From Adineta vaga (Eukaryota; Animalia; Rotifera), in NCBI GenBank assembly GCA_021613535.1, contig CP075495.1:4030001-4094000 (forward strand): 64,000 nucleotides of DNA, given 5' to 3'. Under the pieces are notes generated by a model. It was given only the letters and a program-made list of their open reading frames with translations. It was not told where the DNA came from and searched no databases. Below, in pieces: positions 53,001 through 64,000 of the stretch (position 1 is its first letter; each line of letters opens with the position of its first letter). The translations under genes were made by a program, and so were the position numbers.

Positions 53001-56000
53001 CTCATAGAACCTATTTAGGCTGTAAATGGTCCACTACAACAACGAACAACTATCTTAGATTTAGATTCATCACGTGCAACAACATTTCCTCAAGATTATG
53101 ATACTGATCTCGAATCGGAATGGGCCAATCCGAGTAAGATTTCAACTTTATTAGATATTGTAAATATTATTTGTCTAATTATCTAGATTTATTTTCTGAT
53201 GGAAATGATTTTTCTTGGGAAACGATACAAAAAAATCGAAATAGTTATTATCAAAATGAATTAGCAAATCAAATTATGATTCAAATGAAGGAATTAATTA
53301 CGTTAATAACATCATCATTGAATATTCATTTAAATATTGGACAAGATTTCATTGTTGATACATCACAAGTTTTGATGTCTTTAGAAACGAAATCATTTGA
53401 ATCGTTTTCGAATCAATTTAATAAACAAATTGGAAATGGTCAAATTCAATTACCTCTAAATTTCAATTCATTTCTTAATACCAATGAAAAAGTTTCTATT
53501 CGAGTAAGTTTCTTATCATTAACTTTGAGTACAATATCTCCCTGTTTTTCTCTAGTCAATCATGGAACCATTAGCTGCATTTGGTAATTCAAAATCTCAA
53601 TCGAATACGAATCTTTCCAGATCAATTTCATTTTCATTTCTTGATTCGAATCAAAATGAACTTTCAATTCAAACTGATCTTAATCATTCAATAACAATCA
53701 TTGTACCACGTGATCCAAATCTGATTATTCCACCAATGATTCTACAAAATGTTACATCGCTTAATTCGACACCTCATAATTTAATATTTCATTATCATTA
53801 TTTAAATCTTACGACAACTCTTCCTGTTTCAGTACATTGGGAAATTCAACCATTGAACACAACTGTTGCTTATTTATTTATCTATAGATTTGATCAAATT
53901 CCACAATTAAATAGTTCAATCAATCAAGTCGATGGATGGACACTTTTATGCCCATCGAGTAAGTCTTTTTTCTAAATCGAAACAACCAATCTAATGGATA
54001 ATTTTTTTCCCCTTTGATAGATTTAATTAATAATACTACTTATCGATATTTTATTGATAATCAACTTACAGTAAATCATCAAGCAATCATTTTTGGTTTA
54101 CGTGAACTGAATTCAACAGAAATCAATCAAGGATGTTTCAATCCTTCGATTAATTATCTTCCTATTACCAATGAACATTATCATTTTTCAACAAATTATC
54201 AATTGAGAATTTATACATCGGGTTGTTATTATCTTGATACAAATAATCAATGGAAAGCAGATGGAGTAGTAGTTGGATCTTTAACAAATCATTATGAAAC
54301 TCAATGTTTTTCAACTCATTTAACAAGTTTTTCTGGTGGTTTTACTGTTTTACCTGAATCGGTTAATTGGAGTTATGTCTTTGCAAATGCAGATTTTATG
54401 AAGAATAAAACAATTTATATAACAGTCATTTGTGTGTCGGCCATTTATATTATTCTATTAGTTTATTCCCGATATAAAGATAAGAAAGATATTGAAAAAT
54501 TAGGTGTAACACCACTATCGGATAATCATCCGACAGATCAATATTTCTATCAAATTATTGTTTTTACTGGTCAACGAAAAGATGCAGGAACTAAATCAAA
54601 CGTAAGATAGAAATAATACAGCAGGAAAAAGAGTTATTGAACATATGGTTCTATTGAATAGGTTTGTTTTGTTCTACATGGTGATAATGATGATACACAA
54701 ATTCGTCGATTAGCTGATCCGCAACGACCTGTTCTTCAACGTGGTGGAATTAATGCATTTATAATGAGTGTTCCAAAGTAATTCTCTCTTGATAGAACGA
54801 ACAAACAAAAGAGAGAAAGATTTGATTTTTAGATCATTAGGATTATTGAGTTGTATTCGTCTATGGCATGATAATAGTGGTAAAGGTTCTTCATCATCAT
54901 GGTTTTTAAAATACATAATTATTCGTGATTTACAAACTATGGAAAAATTTCATTTTATTTGTCAACGATGGTTTGCTGTTGAGGAAGATGATGGAAAAGT
55001 ATTTATTCAATTTGTTGTTCATAATTTTCTATCTTATCTTTAAATAGATCGAACGTGTTTTACCTGTTGCAAGTGAAATTGAAAAAAGACGATTTTCTTA
55101 TCTATTAACAAAACGTACATATCATAGTATATCCGATGGTCATTTATGGTTTTCAATCTTTTCTCGACCACCATCAAATACATTTACACGTGTACAACGA
55201 TGTACATGTTGTTTTGTATTATTATTTACATCAATGTTTCTGAATATAATGTATTATGATTTATCAAATGAAACAAACATGAATCTTGGAACTGATTCTG
55301 CTCGATTATCGTTTGGCTCATTTTATATTAGTCCTCAACAAGTAAGAGAAGTGATGAGTTAAATTTTGATTGTTATTTGAATATTTTCCAGATTATAATC
55401 GGTATCATTGTTGAATTCTTTGCTTTGATTCCAAGTTTATTACTCGTACAATTATTTCGACGTCTTCGTTCTCGTCAACAGGGAGAATCATCTTTGCAAC
55501 AAACTCTATATCGAATCAAACCAGATCTAAAAATGTATGTAAATTTCAACATATGTTTTGAAAAAAGATGTTGTCTTTGATGATTCTAGAAGAAATGATG
55601 TTAGTCGAAAGAAATCACTTACATTTCCATGGTGGTGTATATTTATTGCCTACGGACTTTGTATAGCATTAGTGGGTGTATCGATTCTCTTTATAATTGC
55701 TCGTGGAATTGAATTTGGTGATGTGAAAACTCAAAAATGGTTAGCATCGATTTTAAGTGGATTTTTCTCGTCGATGCTGTTGACACAACCATTGAAAGTA
55801 AATTCTTGCTTTTCATTTCAATCAGAGAATTTAAATATTTATATTGAAGATTATATCGTTGGCAATATTATTTGCTTGTTTTTGTGGAAAATCAAATGAT
55901 GATAAAGAAGCAAATGAATTCTTGGATGATAATCAAATCGATTTAGATTATGATGAAGAATATCTTCATTCAATGGAGGTTTGTTCAATTAGTTTATGAG

Positions 56001-58030
56001 AAGACAAAAAGTCGATGCAATTTTGTTTTCTAGGACAATGTTCTCTATACGAATCGATCTTCATCTCGTGTCAATCGTTTAGATGATGGCGAAGTTGATT
56101 GGGCTCGTAATCAACGTTTAAAAGAAATTCATATGTGGGCAATCATTCGTGAAGTAGCTATTTACATATGGTTTCTATCCCTTCTTTATATTGTTATCTA
56201 TGCAAATCGAAATTCCAATTCATATCTTCCTGTTAAACACTTACGAAGTTATTTTTTCAATTCTAGACAAAACAATATGGATTACACAAAAGTTCGTTGT
56301 TTCTATTCGATTGTGTATTTTTTCCTTCTTTGAATAATGCATTATATGTTTAGATTTCAACAATTAATCAATATTGGAATTGGTTAGAAAACAGTTTTGT
56401 GGAAAATATTCGTGCTCAACAATGGTACAATGGTGATTTACCTCGAAATCTTAGTGGGTTTATTAATGATAAAACAAATCGATTGATGGGTTGGCCTACA
56501 ATCCGACAAATTCGTATTAAATCCACACCATGTCATCTTCAAAATTCGATTGCATCAACTTGTCTATACGATTATAGTTTATTCGATGAAGATAATGAAT
56601 CTTATCAACCTGGATGGATCAATCATACGCTAGGAACATTCAGTTCATCGATTAATCAAGCCTTTGTATATAAATCAAGAAAAGAATTGAATACCTATAT
56701 GTATATAGGTGATCATGAAACGTATGGAGGTGGTGGTTATACCTATGAGCTTCGCGGTCGTTTATCGGATCTTCGAAGTAATTTATCTGAACTTCATCGT
56801 TTAGGATGGATCGATAATCGAACACGTGCAGTCATTATTCAAATGACATTATACAATCCAAATGTTGATGTCTTCATTTTTACTACGTTTCTTCTGGAAT
56901 TTCTTTCAACAGGTGGAATACATCCAACCGCTCGTTTTGAACCATTGAATTTTTATGGTAAAACATTCCATGTCTATTTTTTTCTTTGTTTCTAATGTTT
57001 CATTATTATTTGTTTAGCATTCACATCGATCTTTCAATTAATTTGTACAATTCTTTATCTGATAATGATTATTTATCTTATGTATATTGAAATTCGATCA
57101 ATGATTGAATTGAAAATGAATTATTTTCGTCGTTTTTGGTCTTATATTGAACTTGGAATTATTATTTGTTCATGGATAAGTGTAGGAATTTACATTTGGC
57201 GTCATTTTCAATTTCAACACATCGGTGATCTATTCAAAGAAACAAATGGATATGTTTACGTTAATTTACAATCAGCCGCTTATGTCAATGATATTTTAAC
57301 ATATTTATTAAGTTTCTGTTGCTTTTTTGGAACCATCAAGTGTATTCGTTTATGTCGTTTTAATCAACGTCTTTGTTTATTTATTCATACACTTCAATAT
57401 GCAAGCAAAGAACTTTTCTCATTTGCTATCATGTTTTCTGTCGTATTTATATCGTTTATTTCACTTTTTTATCTTATATTTACATCGACAATTTGGTCAT
57501 GTTCAACATTATTAACAACAACACAAATGTTATTTGAAATGACATTAATGAAGTTTGATGCACATGAATTAGTTGATGCTGCTGCATTTTTGGGACCGTT
57601 CTGTTTCAGTTTATTTATTATTTTTGTTGTATTTATTTGTATGAGTATGTTTCTTTCGATTATTAATCGAAATTTTCAACGTGCAAGAGAAAATCTTGTT
57701 AATGATGATCAAATGATATTTTCTTATATGATGAAACGATTTCAACGTGCAACAGGTATTGATCGATTTTGTAGAAAAATGAAATTATTGTTAAATTTAT
57801 TTTAGGTTTACTAAAACTTAATGAAGAAGAAGTTCAAGCAGAACGAGATGCTTTAATGCGATTAGATTACCATGATCCAATTGAACGTTTTCCTGACAAA
57901 ATCGATCAATTATTAGAAACATTGAATCGAGTATGTTGTTCTTCTATCTGATGAGAAATGTCTAATCAGTATTTCTTTTTCCTTTCAGTTATATATGAAT
58001 CAAAAAATGGACGCAAAGAAAAAGATATAA
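47060..58030 (+). CDS. Polycystin-1-like (PKD1L/REJ) receptor-channel with three N-terminal NHL propellers; frameshift at ~48895
   Basis: Signal exon MISFYDIIMWLFLLIIGQVS; three NHL exons; REJ (LDPGSYSVD, INQPPENGSCSINP); GPS CYY..W..G..CFSTHL/TSF; PLAT (FTGQRKDAGT, IRLWHDNSG..SWFL); FTRVQRCTCC; TOP domain GWIDNRTRAV; channel TMs. Confidence 0.88.
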
Positions 58031-58297
58031 AAACTTATTGATAAACTATGATTTTCTTCTTTCAATAATCATTGCTTAATGTTGTGTTGTTTCTCAAATT
58101 CATTTATTCATATATATATATATATATTTAAAGCATTTTAATAAACGATTAATTCATTCCAAAATAAGATTTTGGTTTTGGTGAAAGGAAGATTAAGCTA
58201 TTTGTTAAATCACTATATCTAGATGACAGATAATTTTTATCAAGGTAAGTTTGTATCACATCAATTGTAGTAAATAAAAAAAAAACGAATCGATAGT

Positions 58298-59460
58298 TTA
58301 GTTTTGTTTGATATCTTTCAATTTTTCATAGATAATTTTTTCTGAAAAATTCCACCATTCCTCTGCTAATTTATCATCTTTTGCATATTTATGAAAAACT
58401 GGCATTGGTCGACAATCCGTATGATATTCACCTGGCTGTGCATCATTTGATAAGGCACAATAAAGATTTGTTTGTGCTCCTTCTAATGGTGATTTAAATA
58501 TTAAATATCTAATTGGTTTTATCAATTGTCGTAGAATATTATTCATAGACATATGTCGATCTAATTCTGTATTGACAGTACCAGGATGTAATGAATACGC
58601 AGTTATATTATGTGTTGAAAAATATCGTCGTTGAAGTTCTCGTGTAAATAAGATATTAGCTGATTTACTCAATGAATAAGCCGAGAATGGATGATATGTA
58701 TTTGGATTGCACATTTGATTGTAGTGCGCTGCATCGCAAGGTACTTGCCACATAAAATGAGCAGCAGATGAAACATTAACAATACGTGCTGACCGAAGTC
58801 GAGGAAGAAGTAATTGTGTAAAATAAAAATGACCAAAATGATTAGTACCCATTTGTAATTCCAATCCATCTTTGGTTTTTCCATAAGGACAAGCCATAAT
58901 TCCAGCATTGTTGATCAATGCTATGATTTTTATATTTCTAAATACAGAATAACATTATTGAGGAGAGAGAGACAGAGAAAAGAGAATTTTTACTCATTTT
59001 CATTTTTGATAAATGTTTCAACACAACTTCTTATTGATTGTAAATCAGATAAATCTAAACCATAACCAGTAACATTATCTGGTAGTCGAGTAAATTTCTT
59101 TACATCATTAATTGTTTGGGATATTTTCGATGGTCGAGTGAAAAGTATAACTCGAGCATTTCGTTTAACAAGTTCAATGGCTGTTTCTTTTCCAATACCA
59201 CTAGCAGCACCTGTGATTAGAAATGTTTGTCCAGTTAAATTTGCTGTTTCAACTTCTTTACATTGTCCACCACGAGCAAACCATCGTGTAAGTAATAGAA
59301 ATGGAATGAAATACAGTAAAATTAATATATAACTAGATGATATCCATGTCCAAATAAAACTGGGTAGAAGAATAGAATAAGCAGATAGAATTAGAATAAT
59401 AAACGGAGAAATTAATGTTAAAATTGATTCGATCTCAGCGAGCCGTAAATGTTCCAACAT
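58298..59460 (-). CDS. Short-chain dehydrogenase/reductase, retinol dehydrogenase (RDH11/12/13)-like
   Basis: N-terminal [53 protein letters not shown]. One intron. Confidence 0.92.
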
Positions 59461-59753
59461 TTTATCTAAAAACTAACTATATTCTGTTCGGACTTCTCTG
59501 CTATCATCATCAAGTGTTATTTTAATAATGATTGGAGAAAACAGACAAACTGCAAATGAGATATTTTAGTAAATGTTTTTAAGAGCGACATCTGTAGTAC
59601 AATTGAAAAATCACAATCATATGATCAACATTGAACTTTTTAAAATCTATCATTGTCAGATTATCTGTTTATTTTGTATTTGTTTTAAAATAATCAAAAT
59701 TTATTCACCAAACGAGAAAAGAATCAATTGAATATATATATTTATAATAATGT

Positions 59754-60385
59754 CTATGTTGATTGTTTTCGTTTTACAGATATATGTTTAACAGTTACAT
59801 GTGTATCTTGTTGACACATCATTTTAAATGGTAGTTCAGAAAATGATACACGTGTAATTGTAGGCTTAGCAGCAGTAACTTTTTGTTCAAGATCTATTTC
59901 TTTATTATCAGTTATGGATGTTTGAATCATAATATGAATAGGATTTTGACGAAATGTTAGTTTTGATATTTCTCGATCTGTTGAATGATTATTTGAACGA
60001 GAAACATGAACATTTCCAGTACTTTTTCGTCTTGAACATGCACTTGTTTTCAAGAGTGTCATTTCAGCATTTAAACTATGTAAACTAGTACGATTTATTC
60101 TGGATACTTTTACATGTTCATCAGAGATAAGTTGTTTTTCATTATTATCTTCTATTTGATGAACTGGATTATTGTTTAATTCATTAACTGCATCATGTTG
60201 ATCGTCAATTTTCACAAGATCTTGACGTGTGTACTACTATTACTACTATTGGTTTGTTGTTTTTTGTTTTCACAAGCAATCATTGTTATTATTTCACTTA
60301 AATTATCATTTGATGAACATTGACCATTCGAAGATGTTTGTCGATCATCATCTGTCATCATGGAATTATCAGTATCAACATCCAT
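59754..60385 (-). pseudogene. Uncharacterised hydrophilic protein ORF split by a frameshift
   Basis: MDVDTDNS..NSSNSST continues as RQDLVKIDDQH.. if one AC unit is removed from the (AC)3 at 60227-60232, giving 209 aa. Confidence 0.45.
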
Positions 60386-62978
60386 CGAATTCGTAATAAA
60401 TATTTTTACAAATTGCATATAAAAAAACTTTCGTTTGTGATGATTCGAAAGCTGACAGAATGAATAATGAATAAGACCAAAATCTAAAAATATTCGTCTT
60501 TTATTCATTATGTAAATTTATCAAATACAAAAAAAAACAATTGTTATATATATAAATCCATAAAAATGATTTTTAGTGTATTTTATTCATGAATATTTCA
60601 TTAATATAACACGAAGGCTATAACTCCCATTTGACGAACATAATTTATTATAGAGAAATTAACAATGTAGGCGATAGAATTGTGAAAAGAAAAGGCGATT
60701 CAGATAATTTCTCCTTGTTAACAAGGTAGAATTTTTTATCTATATCTTGTAGAAAAAATTTGCTTTTCAAATTGATTTATCAAACTTTTCCAAATAAGAT
60801 TCGAATATGTCGCCGAAACAATATGTTCAATTGAGTGTATCGAAATTTCATTGTTCTAGACGTAGACAAGATGATTTTCTCTCGTATGAAAAAAAAGATA
60901 ACATCAGTTGTATATAGTAAATTTGAAATGATGATGTTGACAATGATCAAATTAAATTTCCGTTTCTAACGATTGTCGCTTATCGTAGAAGCGAAAAGAA
61001 TGAGTTATTCTTCTTTTTTTTCTTCTTTATGTGATGCTATATCTCTAACTTGATCATATATTTACAACAACATATTGAAGAGAAAGAAAATCGATTATTG
61101 TTCATTGAAAATTTAGTCTTCAAGATGCTTTTATTTTATATTTTAACAAACAATTCATTCGATTTCTAAGTAAGCAATAAATTTAAAGTCATCATCGATT
61201 TTCTATAGTTAAAATTAAGTTCAGATAGAAAGAAGTCTATTAGAATAAAAGATTATTTGTAATGTCATTTTAGTTAACAAGAGAATGATAGAAGCAAAAG
61301 TGAAACGTGCCTTTTTTTAAATAATATTAATTGTATATCTCGACAATCTTTCTTTTTATACGGAAGATTCCAGAACTTGATCGCCTTGAGTTATTTTTAA
61401 ACAATGATGAGAACGAAAAAGTTTTGTAATCGTCTTTTTTCTATTTTCGAAAAGAAAAGATTAATGATATTATTGATCAATTTTCGCATTACTTTTATTA
61501 CAAATCCGTATGTCTGAATGAGTAACAAAATATTAATTGTCGTTAAATACCTCGATAACATCTGGGTAGGAAAATCAAATGTCAAACATATGCTCTATTT
61601 TCTTTTAATGCAGAAGAAAGAAGAAAAAAATGAGTTTAGAGACTTCCAGTACTTATATTTCCTATAGGAAAATATAAATGGCGTCTATCATTGCCATAAA
61701 AGATTATTTCTCTAAAAAAGAAAGTGTTTTTCGCTCAAGTTCATCTAAATAATAAATAAATAACTGAGATTATTTTTAAGAAATTAGTCATTAATATTAA
61801 TAGGTTGTCTTTACATTTACAATATTTATTCGATGACATTCAAAGACATGCTAATTAATAATTATATTTCTTGTTTTTCTCGAAAACATCTATGACAAAA
61901 GCTAAGAATGATTTTGAATTTAACGTCGTATCTGAATAATACAATCAAAACGCGAATATCTTTCTTTTATTTGCTTGATCAATCATTCATGAAACTAATG
62001 AATTTTAGTTCTAGTTTATTAGTTATTCATAATATTCTACAATATATCTTTTTTCAAAAGATTTTGTTTAGAAATCTGAATTGTAATTAACTATCGTATA
62101 CAATTTCAATTTGATTGTATTAATATGCAAATAAATTCAATTATCGGTTATATTTACTTCAAAAAAATCCTAACTGTTGTTAATAAGTCATGAATTCTTA
62201 AAGTTATCTTTAGTTTGAGGGGAAAAAACAGAAGTGAGAAAATGTATCTATCACTTTCAAAATGACGATTTCATATCGTTGTAGTAGTTCGATCCACCTT
62301 TTTTTTTCACCCGGAAACAATTTTCAATCAGGTAGATCAATGACAGTTTGTCAGGAATATTTCTACTAACAAATGGATATGAATAATTTTCTAAGAAGAA
62401 AAGAAAAACAATAACATAGAAACATTTCTGTCAACACTTCGATTTCATTTATTCTAACGAGGATAATATCCGGTTTGTTCGACTTTTTCTTATCATAAGA
62501 ACATAGTTGTACTTCAAGGCACAAAGATTTTTTCATTTTACATAGAGAATCATAGCCTACAGCTAATCATATAGATTCTCATTGACATTATCTGTCTGAT
62601 TTTAATGATTGAACATTAATGTACATCAAAAGACTAATGGAGAAATGATAAATATAATGAAAAAAGGATTTTAATTCACTTTGATTTTAGAGATATGTTC
62701 GATGAACTATAAATTTCATTGGAATTTTTCTCCTCATTTATATTTATAGATTATAAATAAAAAATTAGAATACGAAGATTAAAAGCTTATAACTTTTGAA
62801 AGATTTGTCATGAATTTACTGACGTAGAAAAATTGAGTTAAATATCATCAGAAGAGAATGTCTTTTGACTTTTATATATATATATTGCTTTTTTTTGTCT
62901 TTTATTCGACAGAAATGAGATACATTGTTGTCTTACTAATAATATTTCGACATTATAAATTGAATATGAGAAAAGACG

Positions 62979-63009
<31 letters not shown>
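62979..63009. repeat. (TA)n(GA)n compound microsatellite
   Basis: Directly visible dinucleotide runs. Confidence 0.85.
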
Positions 63010-64000
63010 TAAAGAGAGAGAAAAAGAAAGAAAAAGGAAAATGAGAAAGAGAAAGATATAGAGTAGAAAAGAACGTGAAAAAAAACCAAGAAACCGTCTT
63101 TTACTCTTTTTCCTTTCCGTGATTACTTCTCCTACTTAGAATTCACAACAAACACACACTTTCTTGATTTCTTACTCTAACATAGTTCAAAATACAAATT
63201 CTCAATCAATAATCCAACAATGACATCCGGTAGGTTGATATCCATCTAGAATATGTTCATGAACATACGTAACAATATACTTACACATGAAATCTTTTCT
63301 ATAGTTAATGTCGAAAAACATGAATAGTAGTAATATCAAATGTATTACTTTGTTGTTGACAAAAACTAAAACTCTTTGAGATAATTATTTTCATGTAAGA
63401 AGAGAAGATAAATGATATATTTAACGAGCAAAACAATATATCATGTCGCAATTGTGACAGTCCTATCTTTTGTTTTCTAGTCAAACCTATTTTAACGATT
63501 TGTTATTCGTATATCTATTTTGTTAATGTTTAACACACGATATGGGGACTGTATTTTCTGCCTCGAAATGATCCTATTAAATAGCTATTAGTCTTCAAGA
63601 TAATTTAAACATCTCGCTTTTGTTTACGAAACAATCATCACTTATTCTTTGACACTAGTTCTGTTTATAAAAAAAGATTAGTAATTCTTTGATTCGATAA
63701 GGATAGAACGATTTTCTCTTCAAACTGAGCTTTTATCTCATATATACCATAAGAAACAAAACCATCTTGAGAATGTATGCGTGTACAATTACTACTGAAA
63801 ATGTTAGTGATGATTGCATTATCATGTTTTCTTCTATTTGTATATATTTGCAACCATTACCTCCTAATCGATATATGTGATCTTCCTTCTAATGAATACA
63901 TCTTCTCTTCCATATTTTGCTTTGTTTTTGTCATCAATGCTTTATTATTAAATTCAGAGTATACTTCAATGAAATAGAATTTCCGTTCAATGATAATAGC

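Noticed and set aside
60600-64000. Short ORFs and a possible micro first exon (ATGACATCCG|GTAGG at ~63220)
   Set aside because: No downstream exon or recognisable product within the window to support a gene call.

Overview
AT-rich, gene-dense eukaryotic (animal) genomic DNA with many short (~50-70 nt) GT-AG introns. The NHL-repeat proteins, an NHL-fused polycystin and an intron-containing microbial-type enzyme suggest a bdelloid rotifer (inference, not proven). Housekeeping genes: CHMP2, a synaptotagmin-like Rab effector, TRPT1, DPM1, YKT6, makorin, a GT10 fucosyltransferase, an SDR and a class A GPCR. There are three tRNA genes (two identical Glu-TTC, one intron-containing Tyr-GTA) and a transposon-relic island at ~35-39 kb. 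Most notable: (i) two identical tRNA-Glu genes in inverted orientation in introns that bracket three exons of the Slp gene; (ii) three tightly packed paralogous B-box-like/coiled-coil/novel Cys-His-repeat genes with splice acceptors just before their ATGs (possible operon); (iii) an inhibitor-cystine-knot prepropeptide; (iv) a secreted PHB-depolymerase-like HGT candidate; (v) a giant NHL x3-REJ-GPS-PLAT-polycystin gene with a frameshift in a skippable exon; (vi) a Tc1-like foldback element with a 202-bp spacerless palindrome. All calls were made by eye, with no database searches.
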